Of a stretch of 64,000 bases of DNA, positions 31,413 to 41,253 are shown one piece after another (positions within the stretch are counted from its first letter, which is position 1; the number at the start of each line of letters is the position of its first letter). The translations under genes and the position numbers were made by a program. Origin of the DNA: Waddliaceae bacterium (GTDB lineage Bacteria; Chlamydiota; Chlamydiia; Chlamydiales; Waddliaceae). Location of the stretch: NCBI GenBank assembly GCA_963724325.1, contig CAVRUH010000007.1:320001-384000 (forward strand). The letters run 5' to 3'. The notes beneath the pieces were generated by a model. The model saw only the letters and a list, made by a program, of their open reading frames with translations. It did not search any database and was not told the DNA's origin.

Positions 31413-33383
31413 TTAATTATCTTCTAGCAGATCCTCGATAACTGTGGGATCGGCCAGTGTGCTGGTGTCCCCGAGATCGTGAAGTTCATTGGATGCGATT
31501 TTTCGAAGAATACGACGCATAATTTTCCCCGAACGGGTCTTTGGCAGCCCTTTTGCAAATTGAATTTTCTCAGGGACCGCTATAGGTCCGATTTCAGTCT
31601 TTACATGCTCCAATAGCTCTTTTTTTAATGCTTCGCTCGCTTGTGCACCCTTCACTAGGGAAACAAAGGCATATAGACCTTGCCCTTTGATTTCATGCGG
31701 AATTGGAACCACGGCTGATTCAGCCACGGCCTCATGGCTCACTAGAGCGCTCTCCACCTCTGCCGTGCCTATTCGGTGGCCTGAAACGTTGACCACATCG
31801 TCATTGCGTCCCATGAGCCAATAATCCCCATCTGCATCGCAGCGGCAACTATCGCCTGTAAAGTACATGTTATCGAAATGTTTAAAATACACATCAATGA
31901 AGCGTTGATGATCTCCCCACATGGTACGCATCATGCCTGGCCAGGGGCGCTTCATGCATAGGCTGCCACCCTCGTTGGGAAGGCACTCGGTTCCATTATC
32001 CCGAAGGATGACAGGGTCGACCCCAAAGAAGGGCTTTGTGGCGCATCCTGGCTTGATTGGATGGCTTCCAGGCAGGGGGGTGATCATAATCCCTCCTGTC
32101 TCGGTTTGCCACCATGTATCGACTATTGGACACTTTCCCTTGCCAATGATCTCATAATACCACATCCAGGCCTCAGGATTTATGGGTTCGCCCACTGTAC
32201 CAAGGATGCGCAGGGATGCAAGGCTGTATTTCATGGGGTAGTCGGGACCCATGCTTATCAGAGTTCGGATTGCCGTTGGGGCGGTATAAAATACTGTTAC
32301 CTTGTATTTATCTATGATCTGCCAAAATCGACCTGCATCGGGATAAGTGGGGATCCCTTCAAACATCAGAGTTGCGGCACCGTTAGCCAGGGGACCATAA
32401 ACACAATAGCTATGTCCCGTGACCCATCCGATGTCGGCTGTGCACCAGTAAATGTCATTTTCGTGAATGTCAAAGACGTATTTATGCGTCAAAGCTGCAT
32501 GTAAAAGATATCCGGCCTGAGTATGGACTACTCCTTTGGGTTTTCCAGTGGAACCTGAAGTATACAAGATAAAAAGGGGATCCTCAGCATTCATAACTTC
32601 GGGATCTGCGGTTTCCGCAACACCTTCTATGATTTCGTGCCACCATAGGTCACGCCCTTGGGTCATGTGGCAATGGTCGTCGGTCCGTTTAAAAACAATT
32701 ACTTTCTCAATCGAAGGGCAGTGAGGGAGCGCCTCATCCGCTATCCCTTTCAGGGGAATATGCTTCCCTCCACGTAAAGAAATATTGGATGTGATCAAAA
32801 GTTTGCATTGAGAATCATTAATGCGATGCACGAGAGATTCGGCGCTAAAACCTCCGAAAACAATCGAATGAACGGCCCCAATGCGCGCACAGGCTAACAT
32901 CGCGATGGCAAGCTCGGGAATCATCGGCATATAAATGCAAATGCGGTCTCCTTTTTTGATTCCGAGAGAACGGAGAACATTTGAAAATTTACAAACTTGT
33001 TTGTGAAGCTCAGAATAGCTTAGGATTTGCCTGTCATCGTCTCGTTCTCCTTGCCATATGATTGCTGGTTTGCCTGATAGGTGCCTGTCTAGGCAATTGA
33101 TGCTGACATTGAGTTTCCCGTCTTCGAACCATGTGTGGCGAATCGTGTTTGAGGCACTGTTCCAGTCGTATTTGCATGCCATTGCGGGCTTTTGAAACCA
33201 TTCCAATGTTTTCGACTGCTCTAACCAGAAGGCATCGGGCTCTTCTATCGAGCGGCGGTACATTTCTCGATATTCTTGAAGGTTTTGAATATGTGCTCCC
33301 TTCGACAGTGCAGCTGGAGGTAGAAAAATGCGATCCTCATGCATGAGGTTCATCACACTTATGTCTTGATTTTTCTTTTTCAT
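31413..33383 (-). CDS. acs: Acetyl-CoA synthetase
   Basis: YTSGSTGKPKG, VDTWWQTETG, LPKTRSGKIMRR; start uncertain. Confidence 0.95.
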   Translation of the reverse strand: MKKKNQDISVMNLMHEDRIFLPPAALSKGAHIQNLQEYREMYRRSIEEPDAFWLEQSKTLEWFQKPAMACKYDWNSASNTIRHTWFEDGKLNVSINCLDRHLSGKPAIIWQGERDDDRQILSYSELHKQVCKFSNVLRSLGIKKGDRICIYMPMIPELAIAMLACARIGAVHSIVFGGFSAESLVHRINDSQCKLLITSNISLRGGKHIPLKGIADEALPHCPSIEKVIVFKRTDDHCHMTQGRDLWWHEIIEGVAETADPEVMNAEDPLFILYTSGSTGKPKGVVHTQAGYLLHAALTHKYVFDIHENDIYWCTADIGWVTGHSYCVYGPLANGAATLMFEGIPTYPDAGRFWQIIDKYKVTVFYTAPTAIRTLISMGPDYPMKYSLASLRILGTVGEPINPEAWMWYYEIIGKGKCPIVDTWWQTETGGIMITPLPGSHPIKPGCATKPFFGVDPVILRDNGTECLPNEGGSLCMKRPWPGMMRTMWGDHQRFIDVYFKHFDNMYFTGDSCRCDADGDYWLMGRNDDVVNVSGHRIGTAEVESALVSHEAVAESAVVPIPHEIKGQGLYAFVSLVKGAQASEALKKELLEHVKTEIGPIAVPEKIQFAKGLPKTRSGKIMRRILRKIASNELHDLGDTSTLADPTVIEDLLEDN

Positions 33384-33504
33384 AATGCGTAACATTAACC
33401 GCAATTTCGAATTTTTTTTCAAGGATCAAAATTTCTCTTGGCAAATTCAAGGCAAATAGTGTATAGCTCTTGGCTTAAGAAAAAATAAAACAAAGGAACG
33501 TAAA

Positions 33505-33711
33505 ATGATCACTTCATGCCCTAGATGTAACTCAAAGTCTCTTAAAAGAAACGGATTCACACGGCACGGCAAGCAAAATCAACGCTGCTTGGACTGTGGA
33601 AAGCAATTTTCATCCGAACCAAATGTGTCCATCGTCGTCGTTTCGGAAGACGAAGTGAGCAATAAAACCGCTGAATCATGCCCATTTATGGCATCTTTTA
33701 AAACAGAGTGA
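33505..33711 (+). CDS. Small zinc-ribbon protein resembling the IS1 InsA N-terminus
   Basis: CPRC-x-KRNG-x-GKQNQRCLDCGKQF; AAGGA RBS. Confidence 0.65.
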   Translation: MITSCPRCNSKSLKRNGFTRHGKQNQRCLDCGKQFSSEPNVSIVVVSEDEVSNKTAESCPFMASFKTE

Positions 33712-34667
33712 TGAAACCCAAGCTGATTTCATCACAAAAAATTTGGGATGCAGAACCTCATTGTGCCATGACGGACCTGATCCATTTTCAAGAGAATTGG
33801 TTCTGTGCCTTCCGCGAGTCGGATAGGCACGTCCATGGCAGGGATGGGCTCATTCGAATCATCCAAAGCACCGATGGCATTGATTGGACAAATGCGATGT
33901 CCTTCGGTGAGCCGGGCGCTGATTTTCGCGACCCCAAATTTTCGTTGACTCCGGATGGGAGATTGATGCTCTTATTCGGCGTGACATATTACGAAAACAA
34001 AAAATATGTGTATAGACAGCCGCGCGTTAGTTTTTCTGCGGATGGTATTGAGTGGACCAAGCCTAAACCGATCTTGACGCCGCATGAATGGCTCTGGAGG
34101 GTTACGTGGCACGATGGCATCGCTTATGGAGCCTCTTATAGTCTCTCGAATATTGAAAACATGCGTGATGAATGGCACATCAAACTTTTTAAAAGCTCGG
34201 ATGGCATTGCCTATGATCTAATCACCCAATGGGATATTCCAGGGTATCCAAGCGAGGCTACGTTGCAATTTCTCAAGGACGGAACCATGATTGCTTTAGT
34301 TCGAAGAGAAAAACGAAACGACAATAATGCCTGGATCGGTTCTAGCGTCTTTCCATACAAGAGTTGGCAATGGAATGATGCTAAAAATCATTTAGGCGGA
34401 CCAAATTTTGTCATTCTCCCTCATGGAAATATGTGGGCGGCTGGCCGAATTGTAGAACCTACTCCTTATGGAGTATTTGAAAAAACGGCATTGGCGAAAA
34501 TGACGATGCATAAATTAAGTCCTGAGCTCTATTTACCGAGCGGCGGGGAAGATACAAGTTATCCGGGTTTGGTATATGATGATGGAGTCCTTTGGATGAG
34601 TTATTACTCATCACATGAAGGGACAACTGCCATTTATCTTGCTCGGATTCAGTTCAATCATATATAA
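33708..34667 (+). CDS. Sialidase-like/BNR-repeat beta-propeller protein
   Basis: Asp-box motifs STDGIDW, SADGIEW, SSDGIAY; DFRDP, DTSYPG. Confidence 0.7.
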   Translation: MMKPKLISSQKIWDAEPHCAMTDLIHFQENWFCAFRESDRHVHGRDGLIRIIQSTDGIDWTNAMSFGEPGADFRDPKFSLTPDGRLMLLFGVTYYENKKYVYRQPRVSFSADGIEWTKPKPILTPHEWLWRVTWHDGIAYGASYSLSNIENMRDEWHIKLFKSSDGIAYDLITQWDIPGYPSEATLQFLKDGTMIALVRREKRNDNNAWIGSSVFPYKSWQWNDAKNHLGGPNFVILPHGNMWAAGRIVEPTPYGVFEKTALAKMTMHKLSPELYLPSGGEDTSYPGLVYDDGVLWMSYYSSHEGTTAIYLARIQFNHI

Positions 34668-34691
34668 TCACCAAAAAAATAGGAGGAATCC

Positions 34692-35297
34692 ATGCGTCTT
34701 TTCAATCAATTTCTTATTTTAACATTTTTAACTACATGTTTTTTCACTCTATCATCTAACAAGGAAGCAACACCTATGCAAAATACAAAAGTAGAAAATC
34801 CGGTCGTACTCATGAAAACATCCATGGGGGACATTAAAATCGAGCTTTATCCAGACAAGGCTCCAATCACAGTGCAGAATTTTCTTCAGTATGTGAAAAG
34901 CGGGTATTATGAACACACAATTTTTCACCGTGTCATTGATGGCTTTATGATTCAAGGCGGAGGTTTTACAGCCAATATGTCCCAAAAGAGCAATCTTGCA
35001 CCGATTAAGAATGAAGCAGCCAATGGATTGAAGAATACCCGTGGTACGATTGCCATGGCACGAACTTCGGTTGTCGACAGTGCATCGTCACAGTTTTTCA
35101 TCAACGTCGCTGATAATGCATTTTTGAATTATAGAGGCAATAATCCTCAAGAATTTGGTTATTGCGTTTTTGGTAAAGTCATTGATGGAATGGATGTCGT
35201 AGATAAAATTAAGGCTGTAGATACAACGACCATTGGTCCAAATGCCAATGTGCCTGTTAAGCCAGTAGAAATTTTAAGTGTAACAGAAATAAAGTAA
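34692..35297 (+). CDS. ppiA: Cyclophilin-type peptidyl-prolyl isomerase with signal peptide
   Basis: [31 protein letters not shown]. Confidence 0.9.
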   Translation: MRLFNQFLILTFLTTCFFTLSSNKEATPMQNTKVENPVVLMKTSMGDIKIELYPDKAPITVQNFLQYVKSGYYEHTIFHRVIDGFMIQGGGFTANMSQKSNLAPIKNEAANGLKNTRGTIAMARTSVVDSASSQFFINVADNAFLNYRGNNPQEFGYCVFGKVIDGMDVVDKIKAVDTTTIGPNANVPVKPVEILSVTEIK

Positions 35298-35303
35298 AGA
35301 AGT

Positions 35304-35332
35304 GATCGAGCCCAATAAATTTGGGCTCGATC
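35304..35332. terminator. Hairpin between convergent genes (possible bidirectional terminator or solitary REP)
   Basis: gatcgagccca-ataaatt-tgggctcgatc, 11-bp perfect stem. Confidence 0.6.
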
Positions 35333-35341
35333 TGTAATCAT

Positions 35342-35968
35342 TTAGAAATCAACGGCCATATCACTAAAATCAGTTTGAATACTATTCTGCTCAAGTGGTC
35401 CGTTTATGTCATTTTCATCCTTAAATTTTTTAAGGTTAATCGATAACAGTGCGAAAGCTTGACCCATAATTTCTGGATTTGTGAATGAACTATTCGCGGT
35501 AATTGTATCTAATAGTAACATCACTTTAAGAGGGGAATTATCCGTTGATGTTTTTAAGTCTTCCAAAAATTCGGTTGCTTTAGCTTGCAATTCGTTTGTC
35601 GAGTTTACATGTATTTGCAATGCACCATTTAAGAATGGAAACAATTGGTTTGCAACAGGCATGAGTGCATTGAAACTTTCCTGCTGTCTTTGTTCGCTCC
35701 AGTGAGCAAATACGCTTAATTGTTCTGGTCTTGGTGTATTACGCACAATAATTGCTGCTGGAATGGTATATAGAAGTCCAACAACGCTTAATACGAGGGC
35801 TAGTGCTAGCAGTATTCTGATTGCAACGCAGTAAATTTTTTTCTCTTGAACGCCGCGACCATCGGCTCTTGGAGTAATTTCTCTTCCTCCTAACATGCCG
35901 CGTAGGCCTTTTGTGAATTTTTGACCTGCTGTCTCTGTGCCATAAGTGTCTAGTTTTGTGATTTGCAT
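35342..35968 (-). CDS. Hypothetical Inc-like protein (208 aa)
   Basis: Long hydrophobic segment IYCVAIRILLALALVLSVVGLLYTIPAAIIV; AAGGAG RBS. Confidence 0.7.
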   Translation of the reverse strand: MQITKLDTYGTETAGQKFTKGLRGMLGGREITPRADGRGVQEKKIYCVAIRILLALALVLSVVGLLYTIPAAIIVRNTPRPEQLSVFAHWSEQRQQESFNALMPVANQLFPFLNGALQIHVNSTNELQAKATEFLEDLKTSTDNSPLKVMLLLDTITANSSFTNPEIMGQAFALLSINLKKFKDENDINGPLEQNSIQTDFSDMAVDF

Positions 35969-36070
35969 AATTTTATCTCCTTTAATTATTTTTTAAGTTT
36001 ATTTTATCATTTATATATTTAATTATATACTAAAAATGTTAAGAAATAATAAAGAATTTGTTGTGCATAG

Positions 36071-36115
36071 GAAAAAAGGACCAAAATGCACTTCTTGGGT
36101 CCTTTTGGTCCTTTC
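36071..36115 (-). terminator. Probable intrinsic terminator of the T3SS operon
   Basis: aaaggaccaaaa...ttttggtccttt stem with a short T-run on the minus strand, downstream of scc1. Confidence 0.5.
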
Positions 36116-36134
36116 GGGTATTTGGCGGCTGAGT

Positions 36135-36611
36135 TTACATAAGCCCGCCGAAGAAGCCGCGGGAGCGGCCGCCGGCGCTGATATTTTCTAGGGTGGTGGC
36201 GACTGGTATTTGGTTGTTATTGAGGAGCTCTTTCCAGGCAAGGGCTCTTTTCATTAGAGGCGTCAAGAAATCGGCCACGCGCTCTCCGGTGAGGTTCTTC
36301 ATGGGTAAAAACTGAAACAAGACAAGCTGTTCATTGCCTGCGGAGTAGGCAAAGGTGCCATATCGCGGGTAGGGGAATCCATTGGCCTTTAAGGCCTCGC
36401 GAAGAACATCCTCACGGTATCTTCCTGGAGGCAATTCGCCGAGTTTCGTATATAAAAGCAAATCTTCTCCACTAGCAGCGGGCTCAACATATACTTCTAA
36501 ACCATTTGGAAATTTGATCAGGCAGGTATTATGTTCATCTAGGCTGAGGTCCTTGATATTCAGAGATGATCCTAATTCTTGCAGTATTGAATCAAAGGCA
36601 TTGGCAACCAT
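36135..36611 (-). CDS. scc1: Type III secretion chaperone Scc1 (SycE/CesT family)
   Basis: LDEHNTCLI, YREDVLREALKANG; directly downstream of copN as in chlamydial T3SS loci. Confidence 0.85.
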   Translation of the reverse strand: MVANAFDSILQELGSSLNIKDLSLDEHNTCLIKFPNGLEVYVEPAASGEDLLLYTKLGELPPGRYREDVLREALKANGFPYPRYGTFAYSAGNEQLVLFQFLPMKNLTGERVADFLTPLMKRALAWKELLNNNQIPVATTLENISAGGRSRGFFGGLM

Positions 36612-37810
36612 TATTTATCCTCCTTTTCTTCTTCTTCAATTTCATCTACGAAGGCACTCTTCTTTTCTTCTTCCTCTTCTTCTTCCTCGAATTCTTCTTC
36701 AAGATCTTCAAGGGCTTCGATGATGGCCATGAAAAGCTCATCACGGTGTTGTAGGCTGCGGTAAATTTGAAGCATCGAAAGTTCGCGAACTGAGTCGCGG
36801 AATTGGCTGAAGGCAATGATTTTTGCTAGAATCCAGTCATCGATATCTAAGGTTTTTCCTTGTCCTTTTACTTTGTCGGAAGAAGGATATCGCTCTGAAA
36901 CGAGGTTCATGAAGGCTTTGGCCATGGCTTCGAAGGTCAGTCCCTTCGGCATTTTCATGCCGCCTTTGGCGAATAGTTTTTCCATGAGTTTCATGCGGCC
37001 TTTGAAGAAACGGTAAACTCCCATGATTGCCTGGAAGACTTTGACCTCATTAATAAGCATAGCAAGTTCGCCTGGAGGTATCGATGGTCCTTTGGCCTTC
37101 ATGTCGGCGCCCAAAGAGTGGAATAAGAAGTTGACAACCTTCGTAAGCTCTTTGTAGCCATATTTCGAAGAGAGTTCGGTAAAGAGAGTCTGAGCATCGC
37201 GAGGATTTCCTGTAACATCGCGGTACATATCGCGCATTGAGGTGGGAGTTCCAAGTCCTTTTTCTGCTGCGGCTCGAGCTTGTTCGGAGATGTTGCGGCC
37301 AGCAGAAATTTCACGGCCTTTGTTATCGTTGAGCATGTCTTTGGCTTTTTGGACCGTTTGGTGCAGTTCGCCTTCGGTGGTGTCGAGGAGAAATTCCAAT
37401 GCTTCGTCAGCAAGAGAGGGGTCTTGATAGAATTCTTCGAGTTTTTCGAGGATTTCTTCTTCCGTGTCACCTGGTTTGATTTTTTCACGAAGGAGGACTA
37501 GAACTTTTGCTTGAAGCTCGGGATTTTTGTGTTCGTATTTTGCAGCGTCATCCGACATTTTTTCGACGGGCATGAGACGCTTATCTTTCATGGCCTCTTT
37601 GAGTTTACTGATATTTGAGGACCTAGCCTTGATTGGTTTCTCTTTTTTTTCGGCCCTCGGGCGTATGACAGTTTCTGAAGCCTCTAATTGTGCAGACTTC
37701 TGAGCACTAATTTTCTCGGCAGCAAGTTCCTGACGGTCTTCGTTGCCGACTTCAGCGAAGGCGGCGGAAGTAACGTCTTGTCTTTGAACTGACATATCAT
37801 CGCCAGGCAT
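36611..37810 (-). CDS. sctW: T3SS gatekeeper SctW/CopN
   Basis: DPSLADEAL, SLGADMKAKGPSI; position after sctV. Confidence 0.88.
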   Translation of the reverse strand: MPGDDMSVQRQDVTSAAFAEVGNEDRQELAAEKISAQKSAQLEASETVIRPRAEKKEKPIKARSSNISKLKEAMKDKRLMPVEKMSDDAAKYEHKNPELQAKVLVLLREKIKPGDTEEEILEKLEEFYQDPSLADEALEFLLDTTEGELHQTVQKAKDMLNDNKGREISAGRNISEQARAAAEKGLGTPTSMRDMYRDVTGNPRDAQTLFTELSSKYGYKELTKVVNFLFHSLGADMKAKGPSIPPGELAMLINEVKVFQAIMGVYRFFKGRMKLMEKLFAKGGMKMPKGLTFEAMAKAFMNLVSERYPSSDKVKGQGKTLDIDDWILAKIIAFSQFRDSVRELSMLQIYRSLQHRDELFMAIIEALEDLEEEFEEEEEEEEKKSAFVDEIEEEEKEDK

Positions 37811-37823
37811 CTTGGACTCCTAC

Positions 37824-39998
37824 TTAACTAAGTTGTATACGTCCTAGTGGTTGTATGCGGATTTCAGGCACAATTTCCTGATATGAAACCACAGAAATAT
37901 CAGAAAATTCCATTTCTACTAATTTACGAACAAATCGGCGAACGTCGATTGCCGTCAGCAACACAGGAGATTGACCTCCCGGAGGTGGCGGCGACACAGT
38001 ATTGCGGATTCCTTGCAGGATCAATTGTACTGTATCTGGATCCAACGCAAGGTAGGATCCGGCCGAAGTTTGTTTGATAGCGCCACGGACAAGGTCTTCG
38101 ATTTCAGGGTCCAGAATATATACCGAAAGGACTGACTGACCTTGTGAATACTTATAACTGATGTATCGCTTGAGAGATGAACGGACATATTCCGTCAGAA
38201 GAACGGTATCTTTTTCTGTTTGCGCCCATTCTGTAAGCGATTCTAATATCGTGCGAAGGTCTTTTACCGAAATTTGCTCTTGTATGAGCCTTTTAAATAT
38301 ATCTGTCAATTTCTGTAGAGGAATAAGTCTAGTGACTTCTTTAACAAGATCTGGAAATGATTTTTCCATAAATTCCAACATTGATTTCACTTCTTGAATT
38401 CCTACGAACTCATTGGCATATCTTCTAAAGAAGTAAGATAAGTGCAGAATCATCACTTCCAATGATGACCAATATTTAATTCCCGCCTTATCCAAAAGAT
38501 CTTTATTTTTTTCCTCAATCCACAACGAGGGCATCCCAAGCGAGTTTTTATAAGCTGTAAATGCCAAATTGTATCGGTTCAAGTTCTCAGCCGATTCATT
38601 CGTCAAGACATAACCCTGCAATACCTTTCCTCGTACTACTGGAACTTCATTTAAATGGATGGAATACTCATCTTTTTCCAAAATGGGGGAGTCAGTTCTG
38701 ACGTGAACCCCGGAAAATCTGACGCCAAGGTCAGAATAGAGAGCTTGACGCATTCTTGGAATCATTTGATCGACAAAGCTTCTGCCTCGTTGAGCCCTCT
38801 TGATTTCACCACTCAGTCCCGTTCCGCATTCAAGAATAACTGGCAGTGTCAAGGCGTAACTGTCAACACCGCCACCTGTAACAGCTGTGTGTTCCGCAAC
38901 GGCTGTATCGGACGTCGGACCAGCCGATTCGACGGAGGCGCCGCCTTCTGCTGCCTGTAGTCCGCCAGCTTCAAGTCTTTGTTGACGCGTGGTCCATAGG
39001 GCATATCCAATGAGACCAAATAGAGCTGAAAGTACCAAGAATGGAGGCTTTGGGAAGCCAGGAAGGGCAGCTAATGCTAGGCAAAATCCTGCAGCAATCA
39101 TCAAGGCTTTTGGCTGACCCATGATTTGCGAGCTTATTTCTCTACCCAAGTTAGCATTTTTAGCTTCACTCGTTACCCGCGTGGTAACGAAACCGGCAGT
39201 AATAGAAATGAGCAGCGCTGGAATTTGTGTAACCAGACCGTCACCAATGGTCAAAATGGAATACGTTTGAATCGCCTCGGTTGCAGACATGCCGTTAATT
39301 CCCATACCGATTGACAAACCACCAATAATATTGACCAAGGTAATGACGATACCGGCGATTGCATCTCCTTTAACGAACTTCATGGCACCATCCATAGCAC
39401 CATAGAGCTGGCTTTCCTTTTGAATGGCTAAACGTTTTTCACGGGCTTGGTTGGAGTCCAATATACCCGCACGCATGTCGGCATCAATACTCATCTGCTT
39501 ACCAGGCATAGCATCCAAAGTAAATCGGGCTGCTACCTCAGCAACACGCTCAGCACCCTTAACAATAACGATAAACTGCACCATCGCAATGATCACGAAA
39601 ACAACACCACCAACAATAAAGTTACCACCGACCACAAAGTTACCAAACTGGAAAATGATGTCCCCAGCGTGGGCGTGCAGCAAAATTTGCCGTGTCGCAG
39701 CAATGTTCAACGACAGGCGGTACAAAGTAGTAATCAAAAGCAGCGAGGGGAATATAGACAACTGGACAGCACTCTGGATATACAAGGCAACCATCAAAAG
39801 ACAAACAGAGGCCGATAAGTTGACCGCAATTAAGTAATCGATAACATCAGGAGGAACGGGCAAAATAATAATGGCCAAAATCATAAGGATAATCATCGCA
39901 AGGGCGACATCGCTTGACCTAGAAATTGTTGCCAACGATCGCTCTCCACCCAGCCTTGCGGTGATTCCATCTAGAACTTTTCTAATTGACTGAAACAT
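37824..39998 (-). CDS. sctV: T3SS export gate SctV (CdsV/LcrD)
   Basis: KGAERVAEVAARFTLDAMPGKQMSIDAD, YGAMDGAMKFVKGD. Confidence 0.96.
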   Translation of the reverse strand: MFQSIRKVLDGITARLGGERSLATISRSSDVALAMIILMILAIIILPVPPDVIDYLIAVNLSASVCLLMVALYIQSAVQLSIFPSLLLITTLYRLSLNIAATRQILLHAHAGDIIFQFGNFVVGGNFIVGGVVFVIIAMVQFIVIVKGAERVAEVAARFTLDAMPGKQMSIDADMRAGILDSNQAREKRLAIQKESQLYGAMDGAMKFVKGDAIAGIVITLVNIIGGLSIGMGINGMSATEAIQTYSILTIGDGLVTQIPALLISITAGFVTTRVTSEAKNANLGREISSQIMGQPKALMIAAGFCLALAALPGFPKPPFLVLSALFGLIGYALWTTRQQRLEAGGLQAAEGGASVESAGPTSDTAVAEHTAVTGGGVDSYALTLPVILECGTGLSGEIKRAQRGRSFVDQMIPRMRQALYSDLGVRFSGVHVRTDSPILEKDEYSIHLNEVPVVRGKVLQGYVLTNESAENLNRYNLAFTAYKNSLGMPSLWIEEKNKDLLDKAGIKYWSSLEVMILHLSYFFRRYANEFVGIQEVKSMLEFMEKSFPDLVKEVTRLIPLQKLTDIFKRLIQEQISVKDLRTILESLTEWAQTEKDTVLLTEYVRSSLKRYISYKYSQGQSVLSVYILDPEIEDLVRGAIKQTSAGSYLALDPDTVQLILQGIRNTVSPPPPGGQSPVLLTAIDVRRFVRKLVEMEFSDISVVSYQEIVPEIRIQPLGRIQLS

Positions 39999-40016
39999 GA
40001 AATAATCTCCAAAATG

Positions 40017-41114
40017 TTACTTTTTATCTAATTTAGGTGTATCCTTCAACTCAATATCCACTTCTTCTCCCTCTTTGTCCAAAGAGGCAATCCAGCTTAG
40101 GATCTCTGCAATTGCTTCGTAAGTGTCCTCGGGAACATATTCATAAACGTCTCCATTTGCCCATAATTTGTGCGCTAAATCTATGTTTCTAATTACTGGA
40201 ATATTGTACTGTTCAGCGAAAAATATAATTCGTTCAGCAAGAAGTCCCTCTCCCATAGTCGTAATGTAGGGCGCTGCATCAAGATCTCGATTGTATCCAA
40301 TCGCAATTGCTAGATGGGTTGGATTGGTAACAACGGCTGCAGATTTTTTCACTCCTCCAGCTGGACCTTCCGAATAAGCAATCTCGTGAGCAATCTGTTT
40401 ACGTTTTCCCTTAATTTGAGGGTCGCCCTCAGTATTCTTATACTCTTGTTTGACCTCGAATTTTTCCATCATCATTTCCTTGCCAAAGGTATATTTCTGA
40501 TAAGCGAAGTCGATAACAGCAATAACAAGAAAGAATACCCCAACCTTAATGACTACTTCCATCAAGAAAGTCTCAAAAATAATCGCCGCACCACTCAGTG
40601 GCATCGCAACAGCTTTGGATATGACGGGAAGGCTTTTAATAACGACGCCATAAATCAGGTAGCAAGCAATGCTGATTTTTAGCATAGATTTTATCAATTC
40701 CACGAGAGTTTTCATTTTGAATTTGGCCTTTAAATTCTGGACCGGATCAAATTTTTTCATATCAAATTTGAAGACTTCAAGTGAGAATACAGGGCCAACC
40801 GCCAGGAAATTGATAATAACACCTACAAGCGCTACCCCGGCCATAATAGGAATTGAAGTAACGTAAATGACATACATTGCCTCGGTAAACATAGCAGGCA
40901 AAACTTTATCAAGTCCTGAATTAGATGACATTTTAAATGTGGTAACGAAAAATGTTCCAAGATAACTATACAGAGTAGACGCCATTGCAACAGTAATTGC
41001 TATTGAAACCACAAAAGTAAAGGCTGAAGGCAAATCCTGGGACTTAGCCACCTGCCCCTTTTTCCTGGCGTCTCTTAACTTCTTCGGCGTCGCTTTTTCA
41101 GTCTTCTCTGACAT
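40017..41114 (-). CDS. sctU: T3SS export switch SctU (CdsU/YscU)
   Basis: MSEKTEKATPKKLRDARKKGQV, NPTH autocleavage motif. Confidence 0.96.
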   Translation of the reverse strand: MSEKTEKATPKKLRDARKKGQVAKSQDLPSAFTFVVSIAITVAMASTLYSYLGTFFVTTFKMSSNSGLDKVLPAMFTEAMYVIYVTSIPIMAGVALVGVIINFLAVGPVFSLEVFKFDMKKFDPVQNLKAKFKMKTLVELIKSMLKISIACYLIYGVVIKSLPVISKAVAMPLSGAAIIFETFLMEVVIKVGVFFLVIAVIDFAYQKYTFGKEMMMEKFEVKQEYKNTEGDPQIKGKRKQIAHEIAYSEGPAGGVKKSAAVVTNPTHLAIAIGYNRDLDAAPYITTMGEGLLAERIIFFAEQYNIPVIRNIDLAHKLWANGDVYEYVPEDTYEAIAEILSWIASLDKEGEEVDIELKDTPKLDKK

Positions 41115-41143
41115 AATTAGGTAACTCCGTTCACTCTATCTTT

Positions 41144-41173
41144 AGTATATAACTTATTTTAGGTCTTTGTCAA
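41144..41173 (-). promoter_or_regulatory. Sigma66/70-type promoter of the sctU operon
   Basis: TTGACA-N18-TATACT on the minus strand, 30 bp upstream of the sctU ATG. Confidence 0.65.
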
Positions 41174-41253
41174 GTAAATTTTGGAGTGGTAATTTACACA
41201 CGCTCCGTTTATCATAATATAACATTTAATGATTAAATTTGGTGCAAATTATT

